A DNA stretch of 60,537 bases, the filler included. It is 4 parts of 4 records of this genome, joined end to end, with 100 filler letters (N's around TTAATTAATTAA, not from the genome) between each part and the next. Parts side by side here need not be neighbours in the genome. Positions count along the whole stretch, not along the records: positions 1 to 28,591 come from SRR31156797_6202; 3 more parts are not named here. One strand, written 5' to 3'. The first letter of the stretch is position 1. Each line of letters starts with the position of its first letter. Below the pieces are notes generated by a model. The model was not told the origin of the DNA, did not search any database, and saw only the letters and a list, made by a program, of their open reading frames with translations. A program made the translations under genes and the position numbers. Below are positions 18,528 through 27,382 of this stretch, one piece after another.

Positions 18528-20476
18528 ACAAGCATTTAATCATGGGTACCGCCGGGCATGTGGATCACGGGAAAACCGCCCTGATCAAAGCCCTTACCGG
18601 TATCAACACCGATACACACAAAGAAGAACAGGAACGTGGCATCACCATCAACCTGGGCTTTGCCCACCTTGAAATGAGTTCCGGCATGTCCCTCGGCATC
18701 GTGGATGTACCGGGCCATAAGGATTTCATACGTACCATGGTTGCAGGAGCTTACGGGATCGATTTTGTGTTGCTGGTGATTTCTGCCGACAGCGGCATTA
18801 TGCCGCAAACCCGCGAGCACTTCAACATCATGCGCATGCTTGGCGTTGATCGCGGGTTGATTGCGCTGAATAAAGCCGACCTTGTGGATGAGGAAATGCT
18901 GGAACTGGCCAAACTGGAAATCATGGAATTTGTGGAAGGCACACCGTTGGAGGATGCTCCGGTGGTTGCGGTTTCTTCCATTACCGGTCAGGGTATTGAG
19001 GAACTGAAAAAGGAAATTGATACGATTGCACAAAATGTTCCGGAAAAGCCACGCACCGAACAATTCAGATTATTTATCGACCGGATATTTAATGTGAAAG
19101 GGCAGGGCATTGTAGTTACAGGATCAGTACTGGGTGGCAAGGTGGAAACCGGCCAGGATTTGTTGCTGCTTCCGGGAAGTCATGATAAGATCCGGATAAA
19201 AAGCATCCAGCGGCATGGTGCGACCGTTCAGTTTACTTCGGCGGGTGACCGCGCTGCACTGAACCTGTCAGGGCTCAAACATGATGATTTTGACAGAGGC
19301 ATGCTGCTTACGGACTTCCCAATCGATGAAACAAGCATGGTAGATGCACATGTTGAATTGTTTGATGTGCAGGTGCGCATGAAACCCTGGAGCCATGTGA
19401 TTTTCCACACCGGGACCTTTGCAACAAAAGCCCGCATGCACCTGCTTACTACAGATGCTTTGACGGGTGAAGAAAACGCTGTGGTACAATTTCACTTAGA
19501 AAAACCGGCTATCCTCCTGAACGGCGACAAGTTCATTATCCGGAATTCATCCAACGATATGACCCTGGGTGGTGGCAGTGTGCTGGATGTGGAGCCGCTG
19601 CATCACCGGCGGCGCACGGCCAAACTCAAAGAAAAGATGCAGCTGCTTGCCGATGCTCAGATGAACAAAGCCAACGTGTTCCAGTTGTTGCAGCTTGAAA
19701 TAGAAAAATCAGGAAAACCCGTTTCTGTAAATGAACTTGCTTCAAAAATCAATATTCCGGTGGAAGATATCGAAGCCTCAGTAGCTGAAAGCGGAGGCTT
19801 GCTTGAATTGCTGCAAACCCTGGCAGGAAAATTTCTGACCACAAATTCTTTTATCAGCAATATCAAAACCAAAATCCTCGAAGAAATCAAATTATATCAT
19901 GCCCAGAATAAACTTTTTGAGCGCGGACTGGATACCAAAGAACTGAAAGGCAAGCTGGGGATGACTTCCACGGCAGAAACCGAAATCCTGAACCAGATTT
20001 TGGAAAGATTGCTTGAGGAAGGAAGTATTAAAACAGTAGGAAAGACTTTTGCTCTAAAGGATCATTCCGTGAAGCCCGACAAGCGTATGCAGGAACAACT
20101 CAACTGGTTGGATTATTTCATCGAAAGAAATGGCTTGCAACGTTTAACCCTCTCAGAACTTGAAGGCAAAGCCGTGCATGAAGGTATCAAGCGCGGACCT
20201 TTGAAAATGCTGCTCCAGTTTATGTCTGGGAGGAAGGGAATCTATTTCAACGGCGAAGATATATTGCATGCTTCGGTTGTTGACAGCGCCCGAAAAGCCT
20301 TGCTTCACGATCTGGCCAACAAGCCCCGCGGCATCAACGAAAAGGATTTCCGCATGCTTATAGATGCTCCCAAAAAGACCGTTCAGGTACTTATTGATAT
20401 ATTCTTAAAAGAAGGCATCATCACCAAACAAACCTTCTTTTTGCATATTACGGAAAAGGGGAAAAGTATTGTGTAA
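18524..20476 (+). CDS. selB: Selenocysteine-specific elongation factor
   Basis: GTAGHVDHGKT, EQERGITINLGFA, DVPGH, NKAD, IDRIF...GQG.VVTG, AGDRAALN, and a long C-terminal winged-helix-sized extension. ATGA overlap with selA. Confidence 0.95.
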   Translation: MNKHLIMGTAGHVDHGKTALIKALTGINTDTHKEEQERGITINLGFAHLEMSSGMSLGIVDVPGHKDFIRTMVAGAYGIDFVLLVISADSGIMPQTREHFNIMRMLGVDRGLIALNKADLVDEEMLELAKLEIMEFVEGTPLEDAPVVAVSSITGQGIEELKKEIDTIAQNVPEKPRTEQFRLFIDRIFNVKGQGIVVTGSVLGGKVETGQDLLLLPGSHDKIRIKSIQRHGATVQFTSAGDRAALNLSGLKHDDFDRGMLLTDFPIDETSMVDAHVELFDVQVRMKPWSHVIFHTGTFATKARMHLLTTDALTGEENAVVQFHLEKPAILLNGDKFIIRNSSNDMTLGGGSVLDVEPLHHRRRTAKLKEKMQLLADAQMNKANVFQLLQLEIEKSGKPVSVNELASKINIPVEDIEASVAESGGLLELLQTLAGKFLTTNSFISNIKTKILEEIKLYHAQNKLFERGLDTKELKGKLGMTSTAETEILNQILERLLEEGSIKTVGKTFALKDHSVKPDKRMQEQLNWLDYFIERNGLQRLTLSELEGKAVHEGIKRGPLKMLLQFMSGRKGIYFNGEDILHASVVDSARKALLHDLANKPRGINEKDFRMLIDAPKKTVQVLIDIFLKEGIITKQTFFLHITEKGKSIV

Positions 20477-20508
20477 CTCTGACAGGGTTTAAAAAACTGT
20501 CAGAGTTA
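20474..20508. repeat. REP-like hairpin / possible terminator after selB
   Basis: taactctgacag-ggtttaaaaaa-ctgtcagagtta, a 12-bp perfect stem. Confidence 0.7.
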
Positions 20509-20512
20509 AAAA

Positions 20513-20603
20513 GCCAAGGTTAGCAGCCATGCCCGCAGGGAAGGGATCGCCCCGAAGAAATGGATGCCCACTTCGCGAGGCGAGCCTGTGGCACAACCCT
20601 GGT
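20513..20603. ncRNA. Candidate structured RNA (about 90-nt rod-like hairpin, family unknown)
   Basis: GC-rich island in AT-rich intergenic DNA. Nested pairings gccaaggtt/aaccctggt, gccat/gtggc, gcccgc/gcgagc, gaag/cttc, gggatc/gatgccc. Confidence 0.4.
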
Positions 20604-20976
20604 ACAAAAAAAGGAATTGGATTGTATAATCCCTTTAAAGTTTCGGTTAACTGAAACAATTACCCTAATAAAGTTTCTGTTAACAGAAATAATGGAAATG
20701 AAAACTGCCGGGAATATTATTGGCTATCTTACCAAATCTCAATTTCAAGGTTTAGCTACTCCGGTTACTCTGTGGATCCTCAGATTGCTCTATGGTAATT
20801 TTTTTCCTTACCACAATGTTAACCCATCATTAATTTACCCCTGGAAATTACCGCCAATTTCGTGTTAGAATTTGTTACTGCATGAATTCCGGTTTCCATT
20901 AGCTGTTCTTTTGCCATCTAACAATCTGAAAATTAATTATTACAGTTTAACTCCATCGGCAGTAAATGTTAAGTTA

Positions 20977-21070
20977 GTGTTATTTTATTCACACTGTTAA
21001 TTTAATAACAAATAAAACTTTGCCGGATTAATCCGAAAAATTACTTTTGCAGTTGTTAATTCATTAACAA
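20977..21070 (+). promoter_or_regulatory. Bacteroidota sigma-A promoter flanked by three Rex-like operators
   Basis: -33 TTTG at 21019-21022, 19-nt spacer, -7 TACTTTTG at 21042-21049. Boxes GTGTTAT-N4-TTCACAC (20977-20994), CTGTTAA-N4-ATAACAA (20994-21011) and perfect TTGTTAA-N4-TTAACAA (21053-21070). Confidence 0.75.
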
Positions 21071-21146
21071 TGTAGTTATTAAGACTGCTTCAAGATAAGT
21101 ACTTCAAAACTGAAAACAAAAATCAATCAAAGAGATTTTATAGCAC

Positions 21147-21542
21147 ATGGCAAAAATTAAGACACTGGCCGACCTGAGAAAAAAGAAAGAGGAGCTACAG
21201 AGCAGACTCAACCTCAGGGAAAGAAGCAACGAACCTGAAAAATACGTTCAGATCAAAGTGGGCATGGCTACAAGCGGCATCGCATCGGGTGCCAAGGAAG
21301 TGATGGATTTCCTGCTTGAGGAACTGGATAAGCGTGGGATTGACGCTGTAGTAACCCAAACCGGCGATATGGGTTATTCCTATGCCGAACCTACCATCGA
21401 GGTGAAACGCCCCGGTGAAGAGCCGATCGTTTTCGGATATGTAAACACCGAAAAAGCGGATGAGATCATCGAAAAGTACATCAAAAATGGTGAACTGGTC
21501 GAGGGTATCATCCCTGTAAATTATGAATCGATTGACGAATAG
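21147..21542 (+). CDS. Thioredoxin-like ferredoxin subunit of the hydrogenase (HydD/HndB-like), cysteine-free
   Basis: IKVGMAT(S)GIASGA...VTQTG(D)MGY(S)YAEPTIEV aligns to HndB-type proteins. First gene of the operon. Confidence 0.85.
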   Translation: MAKIKTLADLRKKKEELQSRLNLRERSNEPEKYVQIKVGMATSGIASGAKEVMDFLLEELDKRGIDAVVTQTGDMGYSYAEPTIEVKRPGEEPIVFGYVNTEKADEIIEKYIKNGELVEGIIPVNYESIDE

Positions 21543-21559
21543 AACCGAATCTTAGAGTT

Positions 21560-23356
21560 ATGGCGAAACAAATAAAAATGCACTTAATGGTATGTGGCGG
21601 TACGGGTTGCCGTGCATCCGAAAGTGAGTCCATCGAAATGAAGCTCAACCAGGAGCTTAAAAGTCATGGGCTGGATGAAGAGGCCAAAGTGGTTAACACC
21701 GGGTGTTTTGGTTTTTGCGAAAAAGGGCCCATCGTTAAGGTCCACCCCGACAATACTTTCTACACCCAGGTAAAACCGGAAGATGCAAAAGAGATCGTTG
21801 AAGAACATGTGCTGAAAGGCCGCAGGGTAGAGCGCCTGCTTTACACCGATCCGGAGAAAAAGGAACATATTCCCGACAGCAAACACATGGGATTTTACCG
21901 CAAGCAAATTCGTATCGCATTGCGCAACTGCGGTTTAATCGATCCTGAAAACATCGATGAATATCTGGCTCGCGATGGTTATGAAGCCCTGGGAAAAGTA
22001 TTGGGTGACATGACACCTGAAGAAACCTGCGACATTGTTAAAGCCTCAGGTCTGCGTGGTCGTGGTGGTGGAGGATTTCATACAGGACTAAAATGGGAGA
22101 TCACCCGCAAAAGTGAAGCCGACCAGAAATATGTTGTTTGTAACGCCGACGAAGGTGATCCCGGAGCATTTATGGACCGTTCCATACTGGAAGGTGACCC
22201 ACACGCAGTGCTCGAAGCCATGGCTATTTGTGGTTGGGCTATCGGTGCAACCAAAGGTTTGATATATATCCGTGCTGAATATCCACTGGCCATCAAGCGC
22301 CTGAAAATCGCCATCGGCCAGGCCATGGAATACGGACTGCTGGGTAAAGATATTTTCGGCAGCGGTTTCGACTTTGAAATCGAGATGCGCTACGGTGCCG
22401 GAGCTTTTGTTTGTGGTGAAGAAACTGCACTCATCCATTCTATGGAAGGCAGCCGTGGTGAGCCTACATTCAAACCGCCGTTTCCATCCGTTGAGGGTTA
22501 TCTCGGAAAACCCACCAACGTAAATAACGTTGAAACCTTTGCCAACATCCCCATCATCATCAATAAAGGTGCTGATTGGTTTGCCAGCATCGGTACCGAG
22601 AAATCTAAAGGAACCAAAGTTTTTGCCCTTGCCGGGAAAATAAATAATGTTGGTTTGATTGAAGTCCCGATGGGAACCACCCTTCGTGAGGTGATTTTTG
22701 AAATCGGTGGTGGAATTAAGGACGGCAAGAAATTCAAGGCGGTGCAAACCGGTGGTCCATCCGGCGGATGCTTAACTGAAAAGCATCTCGATACTCCCAT
22801 TGAATATGACACACTGATCGAAGCCGGCTCGATGATGGGCTCCGGTGGTATGATCGTGATGGATGAAGACGACTGTATGGTTTCGGTAGCTAAATTCTAT
22901 CTTGACTTTACGGTTGAAGAATCCTGCGGAAAATGTGCACCATGCCGGGTTGGTAACAAGCGCCTCTACGAAATGCTCGAAACCATCACCAAAGGCGAAG
23001 GTACCATGGACCTGCTTGAGAATATGAAGAACCTTTGCAATGTGGTAAAGGATACTTCGCTTTGCGGACTTGGCCAGACAGCGCCAAACCCTATCCTCTC
23101 TACCATGGATAATTTCTGGGAAGAATATGTTGAGCACGTTGAAGAAGAAAAATGTACCGCCGGCGTATGTAAATCCCTCATGCGTTACAAGGTAATTGCA
23201 GAGAACTGTGTGGGATGCACTGCTTGTGCAAGAAACTGCCCTGTGAACTGTATTTCTGGAGGAAGAAAGCAGGTACACGAAATCGATCAGGCTGCCTGTA
23301 TCAAGTGCGGAGCCTGCATGGAGAAATGTAAATTCAATGCTATTGAAATCGTTTAA
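21560..23356 (+). CDS. hydB: [FeFe]-hydrogenase NADH/FMN-binding subunit (HydB/HndC, NuoF-like)
   Basis: CGGTGC..GCFGFC 2Fe-2S domain, SGLRGRGGGGF, CNADEGDPGAFMDR, GAGAFVCGEETAL, ESCGKC.PCR, C-terminal 2x[4Fe-4S]. Confidence 0.93.
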   Translation: MAKQIKMHLMVCGGTGCRASESESIEMKLNQELKSHGLDEEAKVVNTGCFGFCEKGPIVKVHPDNTFYTQVKPEDAKEIVEEHVLKGRRVERLLYTDPEKKEHIPDSKHMGFYRKQIRIALRNCGLIDPENIDEYLARDGYEALGKVLGDMTPEETCDIVKASGLRGRGGGGFHTGLKWEITRKSEADQKYVVCNADEGDPGAFMDRSILEGDPHAVLEAMAICGWAIGATKGLIYIRAEYPLAIKRLKIAIGQAMEYGLLGKDIFGSGFDFEIEMRYGAGAFVCGEETALIHSMEGSRGEPTFKPPFPSVEGYLGKPTNVNNVETFANIPIIINKGADWFASIGTEKSKGTKVFALAGKINNVGLIEVPMGTTLREVIFEIGGGIKDGKKFKAVQTGGPSGGCLTEKHLDTPIEYDTLIEAGSMMGSGGMIVMDEDDCMVSVAKFYLDFTVEESCGKCAPCRVGNKRLYEMLETITKGEGTMDLLENMKNLCNVVKDTSLCGLGQTAPNPILSTMDNFWEEYVEHVEEEKCTAGVCKSLMRYKVIAENCVGCTACARNCPVNCISGGRKQVHEIDQAACIKCGACMEKCKFNAIEIV

Positions 23357-23374
23357 TCAAACAATCAGTTTAAA

Positions 23375-25147
23375 ATGGATAAGATTAAATTAATCATAGA
23401 TAAAAAGCCGGTAGAGGTTGAAAAAGGTACAACCATCCTGCAGGCTGCCAAAAATATCGGGATACATATTCCTACCCTGTGTTACATGAACCTCGGTGAT
23501 TTGAACATAGAGAACAAGCCGGGCGGCTGTCGTGTATGTGTTGTGGAGGTGGAAGGACGCCATAACCTGGCTCCGGCCTGTGCGACCGACTGTACCGAAG
23601 GTATGGTAGTTCATACGCATTCAATCCGCGTTTTGAATGCCCGTAAAACCGTTGTTCAGCTTATTCTGTCTGATCACCCGTTTGACTGCCTGATCTGTGC
23701 AAAATCAGGAAACTGCGAGCTGCAGGACCTGGCTCATAAGTTAGGAATTCGTGAAATTCCCTACCAGGGAGAGCAGAGCACCTATCGGGAAGATACTTCA
23801 CCATCGATAATCCGCGACATCGACAAATGCATCATGTGTCGTCGCTGCGAAGTAATGTGTAATGAGGTACAAACCGTTGGTGTGCTTTCAGCCATCAATC
23901 GTGGATTTGAATCCGTGGTGGCTCCGGCATTTGAAATGAACCTCGACCACAGTGTGTGTGTGTATTGCGGACAATGTGTGAATGTTTGTCCAACCGGCGC
24001 ACTCACCGAAATGGATCACACCAACCAACTCATCAACGACCTTGCTAATCCGGATAAAACCGTTGTTGTACAAACAGCTCCTGCGGTTCGTGCTGCTCTT
24101 GGTGAAGAATTTGGCATGGAAGCCGGAACACTTGTTACAGGTAAAATGGCATCAGCACTTCGTGAGTTGGGATTCGATTATGTTTTTGATACAGATTTCG
24201 CTGCTGACCTTACCATTATGGAAGAAGGTACCGAGTTGCTGGATCGTTTAACAAAACACCTCAATGGCGATAAAGAAGTCAAGCTCCCAATTCTTACCTC
24301 CTGCTGTCCGGCCTGGGTAAAATTCTTTGAGCATCAGTTCCCGGAAATGAAGGATATCCCTTCAACAGCCCGCTCACCACAGCAGATGTTTGGCGCCGTA
24401 GCCAAAACTTATTTTGCTGATCAAATCAAAACTAAACGTGAAGACATGATCGTGGTTTCCATCATGCCTTGTGTGGCCAAAAAATATGAATGTTCACGTG
24501 ATGAGTTTAAAGTGGATGGTAACCCTGATGTGGATTATTCCATCTCGACCCGCGAATTGGCCAATCTAATCAAGCGGGCTAACATAGATTATAACGGACT
24601 GGAAGAAGCCGATTTCGACAATCCACTTGGAGAATCAACAGGTGCCGCTGTAATATTCGGTACAACCGGCGGAGTGATAGAAGCAGCTGTTCGCACAGCA
24701 TACGAGGTTCATACAGGTAAGCCACTTCCAAAAGTTGATTTCGAAGAATTACGTGGAATGGAAGGTATCCGATCAGCGACTGTTGATTTTGACGGACTAC
24801 CAATCAACATCGGGATTGCACACGGACTCGGAAATGCCAGAAAGCTGCTTGAAGACATCAAAGCCGGAAAGAGTGAATACCATGCCATCGAAATTATGGC
24901 TTGCCCAGGCGGATGTATCGGCGGCGGTGGCCAGCCTTATATCCACGGCGATACCTCCATCCTGAAAGCAAGGCAAAAAGCCATTTACCGGGAAGATGCC
25001 GATAAGGAAATCAGGAAATCCCATGAGAATGAGTATGTTCAGCAATTGTACAAAGAATTCCTGGGTAAACCGATGAGCGAAAAAGCCCATCACCTGCTGC
25101 ATACCCACTATTTCGACAGGAAGAAGGAAGTGTTTATTGAGGAGTAG
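23375..25147 (+). CDS. hydA: [FeFe]-hydrogenase catalytic subunit (group A3-type, HydA/HndD)
   Basis: H-cluster motifs TSCCPAW, MPCVAKKYE and EIMACPGGCIGGGGQP. N-terminal 2Fe-2S, His-ligated 4Fe-4S and 2x4Fe-4S domains. Confidence 0.96.
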   Translation: MDKIKLIIDKKPVEVEKGTTILQAAKNIGIHIPTLCYMNLGDLNIENKPGGCRVCVVEVEGRHNLAPACATDCTEGMVVHTHSIRVLNARKTVVQLILSDHPFDCLICAKSGNCELQDLAHKLGIREIPYQGEQSTYREDTSPSIIRDIDKCIMCRRCEVMCNEVQTVGVLSAINRGFESVVAPAFEMNLDHSVCVYCGQCVNVCPTGALTEMDHTNQLINDLANPDKTVVVQTAPAVRAALGEEFGMEAGTLVTGKMASALRELGFDYVFDTDFAADLTIMEEGTELLDRLTKHLNGDKEVKLPILTSCCPAWVKFFEHQFPEMKDIPSTARSPQQMFGAVAKTYFADQIKTKREDMIVVSIMPCVAKKYECSRDEFKVDGNPDVDYSISTRELANLIKRANIDYNGLEEADFDNPLGESTGAAVIFGTTGGVIEAAVRTAYEVHTGKPLPKVDFEELRGMEGIRSATVDFDGLPINIGIAHGLGNARKLLEDIKAGKSEYHAIEIMACPGGCIGGGGQPYIHGDTSILKARQKAIYREDADKEIRKSHENEYVQQLYKEFLGKPMSEKAHHLLHTHYFDRKKEVFIEE

Positions 25148-25440
25148 TAATTGGTGATTGGTAATTAGTATTTGGTGATTAGTAATTGGTAATTAGTAAT
25201 TGAAGAATAGAAATTAATTGAAATTTGAATTCTAAAATTAAATATTGATTTGTCATGGAACTGGAAGATTTGAGGGTGTACAATTTGGGTATGGAACTTG
25301 GAGAGATGCTTAATAGCTGCATCAATTCACTTTACAAATTGGTTGATCAAAATACCAAAAAGAAATAGCTTACATTCACCAAACTATAAACATCTTTTTA
25401 CCAATATCCAATTACTAATTTCTAATTACCAATTACGATA
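25145..25440 (+). mobile_element. Miniature four-helix-bundle-type cassette bounded by inverted heptamer arrays
   Basis: Left array tagtaat/tggtgat/tggtaat x8 (25145-25200) and right array taccaat/tactaat-like x6 (25399-25440) in the complementary orientation, enclosing a 37-codon ORF. Confidence 0.65.
25255..25368 (+). pseudogene. Internally deleted four-helix-bundle (23S rRNA IVP-like) gene: MELEDLRVYNLGMELGEMLNSCINSLYKLVDQNTKKK
   Basis: The N-terminus resembles the family start (xEDLxVY..AM.L) and is joined directly to a family-like end (ML..xI.SL). The central region is missing. Confidence 0.65.
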
Positions 25441-25508
25441 TCGTTAATTATTCAATAAAGACGGGTTTAAAAAATAACAGATAGTTCCATTTTAATAGAT
25501 ATTTAATC

Positions 25509-25994
25509 ATGTCAAGCATAAAAGTAAAACTCAAGGAAAAGGATGTTGCCAAAATCAAAGAAATAGCGGCATCTTTTAACAACAATCCCGGCGATCTCAT
25601 CAATGTATTGCATAAAGTTCAGGGTGAATTTGGCTACCTGCCTGCTGAAGTCCAGGAAGTTGTAGCAAATGAGTTGAATATGTCACTGGCCAAGGTTTAT
25701 GGTGTGGTAACTTTTTACTCTTTCTTCACCATGATCCCAAAGGGCAAGCACCCGATTTCCATCTGTACAGGAACTGCATGCTATGTGCGTGGTGCCGAAA
25801 AGGTGCTGGATGAGTTCAAAAAGGAACTGGACATCAAAGTGGGAGAATCTACTGCCGATGGCAAATTCTCACTCACCTGCCTTCGCTGCGTAGGTGCATG
25901 TGGTTTGGCTCCTGTGGTGTTGGTAGGCGAAAAAACCTACGGACGTATTGCCCCGGATGATGTAAAAGGTATTTTGGCTGAGTACGAAAATTAG
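25509..25994 (+). CDS. hydC: [FeFe]-hydrogenase 2Fe-2S subunit (HydC/HndA, NuoE-like)
   Basis: LINVLHKVQ..FGYLP, VYGVVTFY, CTGTAC, CVGACGLAP. Confidence 0.93.
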   Translation: MSSIKVKLKEKDVAKIKEIAASFNNNPGDLINVLHKVQGEFGYLPAEVQEVVANELNMSLAKVYGVVTFYSFFTMIPKGKHPISICTGTACYVRGAEKVLDEFKKELDIKVGESTADGKFSLTCLRCVGACGLAPVVLVGEKTYGRIAPDDVKGILAEYEN

Positions 25995-26114
25995 ATTGTC
26001 AGATACGGATAAGGGCCGAAGCTTTGCTCTGGTTATCAGGTAGTAAATACAATATTTAACGTATGTGATTTCATAGCTCACATATCTCCATTTTTGATTG
26101 ATTAACTGAGAAAT

Positions 26115-26147
26115 CCCCGCATCTCCCCGATGCGGGGTATTTTTTTT
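26115..26147 (+). terminator. Intrinsic terminator of the hydrogenase operon
   Basis: ccccgcatc-tcccc-gatgcgggg followed by a T8 tract. Confidence 0.85.
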
Positions 26148-26295
26148 GCACAAGGCAGTTGAGGGATCAACAATTCGTCCTGATTAGCCAAAACAATTAT
26201 TGCCAATAAACTTGCTGAATAACCCAAGTTATCAGCAACCTTTGGCGAAGCGAATAAAGAACAACAGATAACTTATTAACCTGATAACCCCAATC

Positions 26296-27312
26296 CTAGA
26301 AACCGCCCCTGGCATACGGCGCGGCATCCTGCCCGATGAATTCCTTTTTCAGGTATTTGAAATACCCGGTAACCGCAATCATCGCTGCATTGTCGGTGGT
26401 GAACTGGAATGGCGGTATGAAGGTTTCCCAGCCAAAATCTGCCCGGGCATCTTCCATTACTTTTCTTAAACCCGAATTAGCCGAAACCCCACCGGCAATA
26501 GCAATTTGGTTGGTGTTGTATTTTTTGGCAGCCAATTTCAGTTTTTTAAGTAGTGTACTGATGATGGTTTTCTGGATGGAAGCGCTGAGATCGGCCTTGT
26601 TTTTTTCGATGAAATCCGGATCTTCTTTCAGGTTATCCCGCAGAAAATAGAGGAATGAAGTTTTTAGTCCGCTGAAGCTATAATCAAAATTCGGTATCCG
26701 TGGTTCTGGAAAATCAAACTTGTCAGGATTGCCCTGTTGCGCCAGTTTGTCGATGACAGGCCCGCCGGGGTAGGGCAGGCCCATAATTTTTGCGGCTTTA
26801 TCAAAAGCTTCTCCGGCGGCATCGTCAATGGTCTGCCCAACGATTTCCATATCAAAAAAATCCTTTACCAGAACAATCTGTGTATGGCCGCCTGAAACCG
26901 TAAGGCAGAGGAATGGAAATATTGGAGTTTTCGTTTCAACATCCGGCATTTTGATAAAGTGCGCCAGAATGTGTGCCTGCATGTGATTGACCTCAACCAG
27001 CGGAATGTTAAGTCCTAAAGCAAAAGCTTTTGAAAAAGATGTTCCCACCAGCAAAGAACCTAACAGCCCCGGGCCACGTGTAAACGCCACTGCGTCCAGT
27101 TGTTCTTTTTTAATTCCGGCGGTTATAAGTGCCTGGTGGATTACAGGTATGATATTTTGCTGGTGTGCACGGGAGGCCAGTTCGGGAACCACGCCTCCAT
27201 ATTTTTCGTGAACCGCCTGGTTTGCCGTGATGTTTGATAGCATGGTGGTATCCCGGAGTACTGCCGCTGAGGTATCGTCGCATGAGGATTCTATTCCCAA
27301 AATGTAAGCCAT
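26296..27312 (-). CDS. tsaD: tRNA N6-threonylcarbamoyltransferase TsaD
   Basis: ILGIESSCDDT, GGVVPELASRAH, NHMQAH, VSGGHT, DDAAGEAFDK, SFSGLKT, TDNAAMIA. Confidence 0.97.
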   Translation of the reverse strand: MAYILGIESSCDDTSAAVLRDTTMLSNITANQAVHEKYGGVVPELASRAHQQNIIPVIHQALITAGIKKEQLDAVAFTRGPGLLGSLLVGTSFSKAFALGLNIPLVEVNHMQAHILAHFIKMPDVETKTPIFPFLCLTVSGGHTQIVLVKDFFDMEIVGQTIDDAAGEAFDKAAKIMGLPYPGGPVIDKLAQQGNPDKFDFPEPRIPNFDYSFSGLKTSFLYFLRDNLKEDPDFIEKNKADLSASIQKTIISTLLKKLKLAAKKYNTNQIAIAGGVSANSGLRKVMEDARADFGWETFIPPFQFTTDNAAMIAVTGYFKYLKKEFIGQDAAPYARGGF

Positions 27313-27382
27313 GGTCAAAAATTTTAAGCCTGCAAAATTAGCGTTTTCAGACTTCTGACGGAATTCTTTGGTAGCCAGATGA

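Noticed and set aside
20560-20868. 102-aa ORF between selB and the hydrogenase
   Set aside because: No recognisable motif. It starts inside the structured element and runs through AT-rich intergenic DNA.
21147-25994. Hydrogenase subunits as selenoprotein clients of the adjacent sel genes
   Set aside because: None contains an in-frame TGA. The lost Cys positions in the small subunit are AGC, GAT and TCC.
21560-25994. NuoE/NuoF-like genes as respiratory complex I
   Set aside because: They flank a subunit with complete H-cluster motifs and no membrane nuo genes are present.
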